DNA of 64,000 nucleotides from an uncultured Chthonomonadaceae bacterium. Its GTDB lineage: Bacteria; Armatimonadota; Chthonomonadetes; Chthonomonadales; Chthonomonadaceae. Made by a program: the position numbers and the translations under genes. Positions 55,396 through 64,000 of the stretch are shown one piece after another (the first letter of the stretch is position 1; each line of letters begins with the position of its first letter). Where the stretch lies: assembly GCA_963817895.1 (NCBI GenBank), contig CAWFQB010000001.1:1216001-1280000 (forward strand), in the 5' to 3' direction. Below the pieces are notes generated by a model. The model had not been told where the DNA came from, ran no database searches, and saw only the letters and a list, made by a program, of their open reading frames with translations.

Positions 55396-56310
55396 AAGGC
55401 GTTTGTCAAGATACGCCAGCAGCGTGTCGAAGTAGGGCCTCATGCCTTTGTAGGTGATGAGGGCGGCGGGGTAGTCGCGCAGGACGGCGGTAAGGCGGCG
55501 CAGTCGGGCGGGGTCGCAAATCACGTCTTCCAGCGGGTTGAGGTAGGTGTGGATAGTGAAGAGAATGCCGCGCGTATGGGGCAGGCGAGTCAGGGTTTGC
55601 CGCTCCACGCGGAAGAAAAAGCGTTCTGCGGCGTTGTCGAGCGTGATGCCGTAGCGGTTCTGGTGCCATTCCCCTGCCAGACGGGGAGCGAGGTTGAGTT
55701 GGTCATTGCAGGTCACGCTCCAGTTCAGGCGGGCTACGGAGCGATTGGGCTTGAGGCGGCGCATCAGCAGGTCGGAAGGCGTTCCCACCTGCGAACGAAA
55801 ACCCGGCACATCGTCATGGATGTTCAGAAACGACACGCCCATTTTGTCATCCAGACACCACGCGGAACCGAAGCACAAATGCCCGCCCGCGCAAATCGCT
55901 TCCCCCTCCTCGCCCTCCCGCATCAGAATCAAATCCTCCTGAACCTGCCGCCCCATCCAGTCCAGCGGAGGCAACGGCAGCGTTGACGTATCTCCCAATG
56001 TAAACGTCGTTATCGTATTCAGCAGATGATTCGTCCACGTCCAGCGGTTGTCTTCCTGTTGCAGCGCGAAATGCTGCGGCAGATTGGCAGCCATATCGGG
56101 CAGCAGCAGTTCCAGCATTTCCCACGCGAGGGGTTCCGTTTCGGGCGGGCATTGCGCGTAATAATGCGGATTCGACGCAAGGATTTCCGACTTCAGCGCG
56201 ATCTCGGCGTGGTAGTGGTCCAGTTCCACTTCGATCAGGGAAGCCACGCCCGCCTGCGCGTCCATCGTCAGTTGGTATTTGTCACCGGTAAGAGGAAAAT
56301 AGGGCAGCAT
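55330..56310 (-). CDS. DUF3445 / heme-dependent oxidative N-demethylase alpha-subunit family
   Basis: QVQEDL.L, LCF.S.W.L.DK.G..F..IH..VP, RLNWS, FRVERQTL.RLP.T..ILFTIHT. Confidence 0.88.
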   Translation of the reverse strand: MLPYFPLTGDKYQLTMDAQAGVASLIEVELDHYHAEIALKSEILASNPHYYAQCPPETEPLAWEMLELLLPDMAANLPQHFALQQEDNRWTWTNHLLNTITTFTLGDTSTLPLPPLDWMGRQVQEDLILMREGEEGEAICAGGHLCFGSAWCLDDKMGVSFLNIHDDVPGFRSQVGTPSDLLMRRLKPNRSVARLNWSVTCNDQLNLAPRLAGEWHQNRYGITLDNAAERFFFRVERQTLTRLPHTRGILFTIHTYLNPLEDVICDPARLRRLTAVLRDYPAALITYKGMRPYFDTLLAYLDKRLYLTPGPSPCRATRQERGERNW

Positions 56311-56388
56311 ACTCTATTATAGCCGACGAACCTGCTCAATCCGCGCAGTTTTTGGGTGGCCTCTACCCGCTTCAGGCGTAAACCGCTA

Positions 56389-56397
56389 TGGTATAAT
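56389..56397 (+). promoter_or_regulatory. Extended -10 element TGGTATAAT
   Basis: About 60 bp upstream of ATG 56458; same element as at 14812. Confidence 0.55.
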
Positions 56398-56457
56398 GAA
56401 GTGCAACAGGCCATACGGAACGTTTTGTATTCTGAGTGAAGAAGGTCCCACAAAATT

Positions 56458-56818
56458 ATGACGCTGACAATTACTCTTCAACCGGATATGGAAGCGCGTT
56501 TTCGCGCTGAAAGCGATTCACGCGGGAACAACACCGGAACAACTGGCGGCGCAGCGTCTTCTCGAAGTGGAACTCCTGTGGCGCATCCGCATTGCCACGC
56601 CGGAAACTGAAACGCGCGAACTGCATCGCCTGCTGCGGCGCGGCAAAGCCGGAACATTGCGTCAAGACGAACACGTTCGACTGCAAACCCTTTTGGATGC
56701 GCGGGAAGAACGCGCCGCGCAACGGTTGGAAGACCTGATCTAGCTTTCCCGTTTGTGCGCCATTCCGGTACGCCAACTTATGGACCATTTAGGTATTTGT
56801 CCTCTTCCGACTCCCTGA
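56458..56818 (+). pseudogene. Small antitoxin-like gene with frameshift and internal stop
   Basis: MTLTITLQPDMEARF, frameshift near 56510, then GTTPEQLAAQRL...GTL..DE..RL..L...E...AQRLEDLI*LSRL..IPVRQLMDHLGI. Confidence 0.65.
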
Positions 56819-56820
56819 CC

Positions 56821-57258
56821 ATGAGACGCAAGATACCAATACTTCGGCGCAGACAGGTTATCACGCGGGCGCAGGGCCGCTGTGAATACTGCCAATCCCC
56901 GGAAGACTTCTCGCTGGATACTTTCACCGTAGATCATATTCAGCCGGTTGCCGCTTCGGGAAGTAACGAGTTGGACAATCTTGCCTTCGCCTGCCACAAC
57001 TGCAACAATCGCAAACAGGACGATACAGCCGTTCTGGATGCGCAAACCGGTGAGCAGGTTCCCCTCTATCATCCTCGCGATGACGTGTGTAGTGACCACT
57101 TTGTTTGGAGTGAGGATGCTTTGAGCATCCTGCCTCTGACAGCTACCGGGCGTGTCACTATCGCTCGCTTGCAACTAAATCGGCGTGGCGCGGTAAACAT
57201 CCGCCGCGCGTTATTGGCGCTCGGCGAAGAGCATCCATCGGGCAGGCGTCAAGCGTGA
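56821..57258 (+). CDS. HNH endonuclease
   Basis: RAQGRCEYC, VDHIQP, NLAFACHNCNNRK, LYHPR, TATGRVTI..LQLN. Confidence 0.92.
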   Translation: MRRKIPILRRRQVITRAQGRCEYCQSPEDFSLDTFTVDHIQPVAASGSNELDNLAFACHNCNNRKQDDTAVLDAQTGEQVPLYHPRDDVCSDHFVWSEDALSILPLTATGRVTIARLQLNRRGAVNIRRALLALGEEHPSGRRQA

Positions 57259-57393
57259 ACCGCCCGGGTTTCAGACAACGTTACAAAGTTTGATAGAAGC
57301 GGCAAACCCGCGAAGGCGTGTTTCGTTACCACAGCCGCGCAATTCATTGCACGGACTTTTTGTATAGGCTTCCCGTATCACACAGCCTATCTT

Positions 57394-58416
57394 CTAACCT
57401 GCATAAGGGCGAAACTCCTCGTAATGATCTTTCAGGTAGGCGGACAGGTCCGCCCACTCCGTGCCGTTTTTCAACAGATTGGGATAAGCATCGCGTATTT
57501 TCTTGTAGATTACGGAGAGCCTTGCCCGTATTGCTGGCTCGGTAGTGCCGTAATGCTCGGCAAGCGTGCTTTTAGTCGCCCCTTGATGTAGGAATTCCAG
57601 CAGTTCCCTCTGCTCAAGAGTCAAATCTAATTGGGGACGCCGAATAGTGACGTTATTGTACACCACACTTCCGGGTTCCAGCATCGTTCGGTCTACCCAA
57701 GTCAAGAACAAGCGATGCTGGTCAGAAATATGGCTGTTTTGCGCATAGTATTTTTTATACTCTTTGATCTGAAAACCCAATCTCGGCACCTGCATTTTCG
57801 CCGCCAGGCTGAAGGGTTCATTGATGGCACCTTCCAGCCAATAGCCCTTGTGTATCTCTGTAACCGCCTCATAGACGGCTTGCGCAAAGGCGTGAACTCC
57901 CGGCAGAGAGTTCAAAATCTCATCTTCCTGCCATGCGAAGTAGAACGAAAACAGGCCATCACGCCCTTCTCGAGCGTTTGCCTGCGCGACCTCGCTACGG
58001 GCCAGAATAGGCGATTTGTTCAGCCTGTTCGCCCGATGATGCTGATCGTACAACCGGGTACAAATGCGCGGTTCTAACGTTTGCGCTTCTGCGCAGCGGA
58101 GTATTTCTCGATAAAACTCCCCTCTCACGAAACATTGGAAACAAAACCCAACCGGGCGAGGCTGAATGCCCCACTCGCTGGAACGGCTGGGGATATCTTC
58201 AGTTTGCTCAATCATCGCCAGGGACATTCTCTTCTCAATCAGCAGTTGCTTCCACACCTCCGGCAAATAGTTGTCCAAACTCGTTCCATAAGCAGGACTT
58301 TGTCGGGCAAGCATCAGGCAACGGGCAATATCCTCCTCATAACCCATGGAGCCGACAGTCTGGTACGAATCAGCATCTTTCTTGAAGACATTCACCATGC
58401 GAAAGGATACATTCAT
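57394..58416 (-). CDS. Putative transcriptional regulator with C-terminal LuxR-like HTH
   Basis: LTLEQRELLEFLHQGATKSTLAEHYGTTEPAIRARLSVIYKKI; N-terminal domain unrecognised. Confidence 0.7.
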   Translation of the reverse strand: MNVSFRMVNVFKKDADSYQTVGSMGYEEDIARCLMLARQSPAYGTSLDNYLPEVWKQLLIEKRMSLAMIEQTEDIPSRSSEWGIQPRPVGFCFQCFVRGEFYREILRCAEAQTLEPRICTRLYDQHHRANRLNKSPILARSEVAQANAREGRDGLFSFYFAWQEDEILNSLPGVHAFAQAVYEAVTEIHKGYWLEGAINEPFSLAAKMQVPRLGFQIKEYKKYYAQNSHISDQHRLFLTWVDRTMLEPGSVVYNNVTIRRPQLDLTLEQRELLEFLHQGATKSTLAEHYGTTEPAIRARLSVIYKKIRDAYPNLLKNGTEWADLSAYLKDHYEEFRPYAG

Positions 58417-58471
58417 CGGGAACCTCTTTATGGGAGAAAAAGAAACGTGAATATTATAAACTCCCTTATCG

Positions 58472-58495
58472 TACTCCTCACAAGTGTGAGGAGTA
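58472..58495. promoter_or_regulatory. Perfect 11-2-11 palindrome in the divergent intergenic region
   Basis: TACTCCTCACA-ag-TGTGAGGAGTA. Confidence 0.6.
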
Positions 58496-58686
58496 GTGTT
58501 TTCAGGGTGGTATACACTGTGAATATTCGTTCAAACGAACAATATTTCCTTCTGATTTTCTGTAACAGCCGCAAATTGCCCTCTGGAAGAACGCAATTTT
58601 ACAGAGAACACTTGATTTACCCTTGTGCCACATTCCAAGTTCACACTTGTTTTCAGCGCTCACTTCTCTTGGAAGGAGAACCGTTT

Positions 58687-59661
58687 ATGCTTCGCTTTCG
58701 TTCTCGCATCCTTTTCCTATTGAGCGGTATTGCCGCGCTCTGCTTTTCTCCCATGCAGGCCAACGCCCAAATGGTACTGACGGCAAATGCGATTGCCGCC
58801 GGTTTCCAACTAACAACCTTCGCTTCCGGCTTTCCGTCCATCGGCAGCGTTGGCCCGCTCGGTATCGCCTTCAATGGCAGCCAGGTTATCGTCAGCGACA
58901 ATCCTGGGAATGTGCGTGTCTTTCCCACCGACACGGATGGACAGTCGGCAGGTTCTGTTTCTGTTGGGCATAACTATGGATATGGATACGCCTCCGGACT
59001 TACTCTTGCCAATGGCCGCTACTACATGTCGCAGTATTTCGGCAATCTTGTTCAGATCAATGCCAACGGAACCTTCAATCAGACAATCATGACCGGACTC
59101 TCACATCTCGAAGGCATCACCACCAATCCGGTCAATGGACACCTGTTCCTTTCCGTAGATAGCGGCATTCTTGACATTGATCCAATCGCCAAAACATCCA
59201 AGGTAATCAATGGTGTTCGCGTTGATGGCCTTACCACAGACGGAACCGTTGTGTATGGCGCAGCCAGCGACCGCATTTTAGGGTTCCGCATTAGTGATGG
59301 CCTTCAGGTCTTCGACTCTGGACACATCAACGGCGGGCCGGATGGAACAGCACTGGGCAATGGCACACTAACAGGCGATCTTTTCGTGAATACTAACGCC
59401 GGGCAGTTGTTGGAATACAACCTGACCGGTACACCGGTTGGAACCGTACTCGGAACAAACGGCTCACGCGGCGATTTTGTCACCGTAGACCCGAACGGAA
59501 CTTTACTGCTAACGCAAACTGATCGCATTTTGCGTCTCACCGCGCCTACAGGCGGCGGTTTCGGCAATACGCCTGAACCCGGCCCTATTGCCATGCTTCT
59601 CGCAGGCGGTTTAACCGGCGCAGGCTTTTTTATTCGCCGTCATCAAAAGCGATTAAGTTAG
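58687..59661 (+). CDS. PEP-CTERM surface protein, probable beta-propeller
   Basis: AAGGAG RBS, signal peptide (ANA-Q), C-terminal TPEPG + TM + RRHQKR. Confidence 0.9.
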   Translation: MLRFRSRILFLLSGIAALCFSPMQANAQMVLTANAIAAGFQLTTFASGFPSIGSVGPLGIAFNGSQVIVSDNPGNVRVFPTDTDGQSAGSVSVGHNYGYGYASGLTLANGRYYMSQYFGNLVQINANGTFNQTIMTGLSHLEGITTNPVNGHLFLSVDSGILDIDPIAKTSKVINGVRVDGLTTDGTVVYGAASDRILGFRISDGLQVFDSGHINGGPDGTALGNGTLTGDLFVNTNAGQLLEYNLTGTPVGTVLGTNGSRGDFVTVDPNGTLLLTQTDRILRLTAPTGGGFGNTPEPGPIAMLLAGGLTGAGFFIRRHQKRLS

Positions 59662-59949
59662 AGCAAGAATTGTGTCATTGAAGGTTCTTGCTTGCAGCAG
59701 CACAATCAAGCCTTACAACGAAGGTGCCGCCAATCGCGCTTTGAATTGCGAGTTGAAACCCGCTTTAACCCCGTCAAAGTTGTTTCGCAAGCCGAGGGCT
59801 GACATTATCAGCCCTCGGCTTGCCGCCGCCGCCGCAAGTCGGTGACATGATAATGTGAGGCGTAGGGTACAGGAAAAGTTGAGGTATAATCAGGATGTAT
59901 AGAGCAACCCGGTCAGGAACGGAATAATATAGCAACAGGAGAGGAAATA

Positions 59950-60162
59950 ATGACAGAGACGACAACAGAGCAAACACTGGAAACGCCGCGCCCCGAAGCG
60001 TCGCCACGCGCCTCGTTCATCACGCCGGAGATGATTGCCCGAAACCCGGTTCTCGCCGCCGCCGGATCCTTCGCCGGTGATCCGCTGTGGCAAGAGGTGC
60101 GTGAAGAGATCAAGCGCAACCGCGAACGGGACCGGTTGGAGGAAGAGCAGGCGCAAAAGTGA
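59950..60162 (+). CDS. Small antitoxin-like hypothetical protein
   Basis: GAGG RBS; AGSFAGDPLWQEV.EEI.R.R; GTGA overlap with a PIN remnant. Confidence 0.7.
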   Translation: MTETTTEQTLETPRPEASPRASFITPEMIARNPVLAAAGSFAGDPLWQEVREEIKRNRERDRLEEEQAQK

Positions 60163-60288
60163 TTGTCTATCTGCTCGACACCGATACGTTTTCTGGGTAT
60201 CTGAACGAGGGCGCCCTGCCTCTCTCCAACGCAAATCCCCGGCGTCAGCATTGAGGATTGGACAATGATGGAAGACGAATCGGCATAA
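60159..60288 (+). pseudogene. PIN/VapC toxin with large internal deletion
   Basis: N-terminus VIVYLLDTDTFS and C-terminus QIPGVSIEDWT are only about 60 nt apart and out of frame. Confidence 0.75.
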
Positions 60289-60306
60289 CCGGGTCTAAAG
60301 GATACT

Positions 60307-60336
60307 GACTGCCAATCGCCAACCACCAACTATCAA
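60307..60336 (-). repeat. (TGGTGGT)-type heptamer arm after stop codon
   Basis: Minus strand ttgatagttggtggttggcgattggcagt; similar arm at 60599-60631. Confidence 0.7.
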
Positions 60337-60337
60337 A

Positions 60338-60565
60338 TCATAGCGAGGCCGCAACCGCCGATGTGCGCTCCGCGAGTTCGGTAAGTATGTTTCGCAAATC
60401 CTCGCGTCGCTCTGAAAAAGTGTCTGTCTCTTGTGCGGCGTCAGCCTCTATTCGTTCTAATTCCGCCGCCCGCGCCTCCAAAGCAATACGTTTTTGACGC
60501 ATCTGTTCGGTAGACTGCTCCAAGCGCCGATCAAACTCTTCGCGGCTAATTGTATCCAGTGTCAT
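60338..60565 (-). CDS. Hypothetical 75-aa coiled-coil protein
   Basis: AGGAG RBS; MTLDTISREEFDRRLEQ... Confidence 0.65.
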   Translation of the reverse strand: MTLDTISREEFDRRLEQSTEQMRQKRIALEARAAELERIEADAAQETDTFSERREDLRNILTELAERTSAVAASL

Positions 60566-60598
60566 CGGATCTTCTCCTGCTGAAAACGATAATTCCTG

Positions 60599-60631
60599 CT
60601 GCCAATCACCAGACACCAACCACCAATTACC
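60599..60631 (-). repeat. (TGGTGGT)-type heptamer arm after the kinase stop
   Basis: Minus strand taattggtggttggtgtctggtgattggcag. Confidence 0.75.
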
Positions 60632-61866
60632 CTGTATTGTGCGACAGGGATACGGCGATGTCTACAATCGCGCCGCCACCTTCGCGGTTGTTGTAGTGCG
60701 CTTCGCCGCCCAAATCCCAGCGGCTCAGGTTTTCTACCAGTTCCAAACCCGTATTGGCGGTCAGGGCGGGATCGAAATCGGGGGCGAAACCCGGCCCGTC
60801 GTCGCATACTTGCAGAAGCGCTTTGTCGCTGATTCACTTTCAGGGTCACTTCCACCATGCCCTTGCCGTGTTTCAGAGCGTTGCTGACCAGTTCATTGGT
60901 GACAAGCGCGAGGGACGTCCCCTGCCGCGCCGATAATCGCGCGTCTTCGATGTAAAATTTTATGGCGCGTCCGCCCGCCCCCTCTTGCAGCATCGGCAGC
61001 AGGGTTCCCAATACCTGTTTCGCCGACAGCCAGTGCGCTTCCCCGTCCGCTTTGGCCTGCTGCGTCAGAATGTCATGGACGCCCGCGAGAGTTCGCACGT
61101 AACTGCCCAGCCGGTGAATTTCGTGCGACGAGATGGACGGCGTACCTTCCATCAGGCGCATGTCAATCATGGCGGCGATCAGTTGCAGGTTGTTCTTGAC
61201 GCGGTGATGCGTTTCCGTCATGGCCTGCTGCAAGCGCATATTGAGCGACTTCGACATACGCGCGATTCTCCTCCAGAGTGGCCTCGGCTTTGCGCCGCTC
61301 CGCCACTTCCGTTTCCAGCTCTTTATTGGCTGTCTGCAGCGCGGCCGTTCGCTCCCTGACGCGCCGCTCCAATTCCGAATTCAGTTTGCGCACTTCCTGC
61401 TCGGCCTGCTTGCGCCTTGCCACTTCCGCTTTCAGTTCCTGCGTCTTTTTGTACAGTTCGACAAAGGCGGCCACTTTCGCCCGCAATACATCCGGGTCGA
61501 ACGGCTTGAACACGTAATCCACCGCGCCCGACCGAGTAGCCGTGCGTGACATGCGTATCGCTTTTGTTGATGGCCGTTAAAAACAGAATGGGCGTATGCT
61601 GAGGATTTGGCGCGGGCGCGGATCATCGTGGCGGTTTCAAAGCCGTCCATTTCGGGCATCTGCACGTCCAGCAGAATCACGGCAAACTCTTCGCGCAGAA
61701 CGTGTTTGAGCGCTTCCATGCCCGAACGAGCCGTGACAAGGGTTTGCCCCAGATCGCTCAGAACGGATTCCAGCGCAATCAGATTTTCAGGCCGATCATC
61801 CACGAGCAGAATGCTCATTTTGGGTTCCGTTTGTGGTTCGGACAATGCGGCTTCGGAAACAGGCAT
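60627..61866 (-). CDS. REC + HisKA_2/HATPase hybrid histidine kinase, multiple frameshifts
   Basis: ILLVDDRPENL, LLDVQMPEMDG, GAVDYVFKP, ETHHRVKNNLQ, NELVSNALKHG; pieces in ORFs 61432-61866, 61163-61552, 60562-61257. Confidence 0.88.
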
Positions 61867-61876
61867 GAGGTCGCTC

Positions 61877-62444
61877 CTACGCGGCAGGACATAGGCGGGC
61901 CAACAGCGGGGCTATGTCGGCTAAGGGCAGCACGTAATCGGGCGTGGCGGCGCGGATGGCGGCTTCGGGCATCATCGCGCACTCGGCTTCTTCGGGCGAC
62001 TGCACAACGAGGGTTCCGCCCCTGTGTTTTAACCGCTGCCGCGCCTTTCGCGCCGTCGTAATTGGCCCCGGTCAGAACAACGCCAATGACATTCCGGCCC
62101 AATGCCTCGGCAGCGGTTTCAAACAGCACATCTATGCTCGGACGCGCGTAACTCACCGGCCCGTCCGTGGTCAGCGCAAACGTCCCGTCTTCAATCAGCA
62201 AATGATAGTCGGCAGGGGCCACATAGATGCGTCCCGGCACAATCGGTTCCTTATCGCACGGTTCGCGAACGGGCAGAGCGCAATTCCGTCGCAAAATCAC
62301 TTGCAACTGGCTGCGCGGGTCCGCCATCCGATGCTGCACGACTGCAATTGCCGCCCCCAACGCTGCCGGCAGTCCGCCCAACACGATTTTCAGCGCGTTC
62401 AAGCCGCCTAATGATGTGCCGATGACGATAATGCGGGTATTCAT
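61877..62444 (-). CDS. cheB: Stand-alone CheB methylesterase domain, frameshift near 62020
   Basis: IGTSLGG, VVQHR, APADYHL, RPSIDVLF, LTGANYDGA.G; no REC domain. Confidence 0.9.
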
Positions 62445-63257
62445 CGTATCCTCCGGTACAACTTGTGTCCCGGTTCCAGCAGTTCGTAATCTTTTTCGTG
62501 CGGCAGGAATTGCAGGGATTCTTTGCTGCCGACTCCCAAAATACCGAACATCGCCAGACTGTCGTACAGCAGGGTGTGAACCCGTTCCTGCAAGGCGCGG
62601 GTGAAGTAGATCATCACATTGCGGCACATAATGACGTTGAACTCGTTGAACGAGCCGTCCGAGGCCAGATTGTGCTGCGAAAAGATGATGTTCTCTTTCA
62701 GGGATTGCCGGAACAGGCCACTGCCATACGCGCCCGTGTAGTAGTCGCTGAACGCGCCCGTCCCGCCCGCCTGCTGATAGTTATCGGCATAGACTCGGGC
62801 GTGTTCCAGGGAGAAAATGCCCTCTTTGGCCCGTTTCAGTACCGCCTCATCCATATCCGTCGCGTAAATCCGGCAGCGGTCGTACAGGCCCTCCTCGTGC
62901 AGCAAAATCGCCATCGAGTAGACCTCTTCGCCCGTCGAGCAGCCCGCGTGCCAGATGCGAACAAACGGATAGGTGCGCAGAAGCGGAACCACTTTCTGCC
63001 GAAACGTGACGAAGAATTCCGGGTCGCGAAACACAGCCGTGACGTTGACGGAAAGGGCGAGCAGAAACCGCTTCATGCTTTCCGGCTCGTGCAGAATCCG
63101 CTCCTGCAAGCCGGAAACGCGTCGCCAGTTTCTCGGTTTCCATGAACGCCGCAATCCGCCGCTTCAGCGACGCGGGCGCGTACTGCCGAAAGTCGTACCC
63201 ATACCGCTGAAATACGGCTTCCAGCAGCAGATCGCGTTCGAGTTGTTCAAGTTCCAT
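62441..63257 (-). CDS. cheR: CheR-type methyltransferase, frameshift near 63125
   Basis: YGYDFRQY..ASLKRR, FRDP, IWHAGCSTGEE.YS, CRNVMIYF. Confidence 0.92.
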
Positions 63258-63258
63258 A

Positions 63259-63377
63259 GGTGTTCGGTGTTCGGTGTTTGGTATTCGGTATTTGGCATTA
63301 TGCGTGTCAGGGTCACTGCACAGAACATCGCTAAGAGGGGTGCGCCGAACACCGAATTACCAAACACCGAACACCGA
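63259..63377. repeat. Convergent inverted heptamer arrays (GGTGTTC)n / (GAACACC)n
   Basis: Arms 63259-63295 (abuts the cheR start) and 63345-63377 (abuts the upstream stop). Confidence 0.9.
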
Positions 63378-64000
63378 CTATCTATACAGCCAGACCCGCA
63401 GCAGCGACAATAACTGCTCCGTGTCAACGGGTTTGGAGATGTAATCGGACGCGCCCGCTTCGATGCACGTTTCCCGGTCGCCCTTCATGGCTTTGGCGGT
63501 CAGGGCGATAATCGGCAGGGATTTGAACTTGGACAGGGCGCGAATGGCGCGCATCGTCTCGTATCCGTCCATCGTCGGGCATCATCACATCCATAAGGAC
63601 GATGTCAATGCCCGCCGTGTTCTGTAAGGTTTCAATGCCGTCCTTGCCATTCTCCGCGTACAGGACCTGCATCTTGTGCCGTTCCAGCAGACTGGTCAGG
63701 GCGAAGATGTTGCGAATGTCGTCGTCCACGACAAGCACTTTCTTGCCGGAAAGAACCGGGTCGTCAAGCCGTACCTGATCCAGCATTTGCCGCTTGGAGG
63801 TGGGCAGATTGGCCTGTACGCGGTGCAGGAACAGGGTTGTCTCGTCCAGCAGGCGTTCGGGCGAACGGGCGTCCTTGACGATGATGGTATCCGCCAGTCG
63901 GCGCAGTTCCGTATCCTGCTTTTTGGTCAGTTCCTTGCCCGTGTAGATCACAATGGGAATGTGGGTCAGGGCCGGGTCTTTGCGGATTTGCTCGATCAGT
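63378..64000 (-). CDS. C-terminal REC domains of a multi-REC hybrid kinase (partial), frameshift near 63575
   Basis: [67 protein letters not shown]. Confidence 0.9.

Noticed and set aside
55225..55986. 253-aa plus-strand ORF
   Set aside because: It starts in REP sequence and shadows the DUF3445 gene.
58081..58686. N-terminal 202 aa of the 526-aa ORF
   Set aside because: It overlaps the opposite-strand regulator; the RBS and signal peptide place the start at 58687.

Overview
Bacterial chromosomal window, GC-rich (roughly 55-60% by eye). It is probably Armatimonadota; this is inferred only from the ClpC-type N-termini (MWQRFTERARRVVFFAQEEA) and the PEP-CTERM tail. Recognisable genes include a glycogen debranching enzyme, an RND pump, ppdK, ino1, comB, upp, plsC, cmk, a GH2 hydrolase, an ADP-ribosylglycohydrolase and a CheR/CheB/histidine-kinase cluster. 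Between them lie small accessory genes, many decayed (VapBC, HNH, HEPN). One intact IS5-family element splits a YceI-redoxin fusion gene. I saw no rRNA, tRNA or CRISPR array. Many conserved genes carry 1-2 nt frameshifts, most simply explained as assembly errors. The most striking signal is a short-tandem-repeat system. (1) Six unrelated genes carry the same bipartite in-frame element, always in sense orientation: a (GAAAAGGA)n octamer block encoding EEKEKRRKGEEE, followed by a variable 7-mer block. (2) Intergenic 7/8-mer arrays occur as convergent inverted pairs or single arms that abut stop and start codons. A second pattern is 75-115 bp duplications of gene ends, RBSs or promoters flanking accessory genes.
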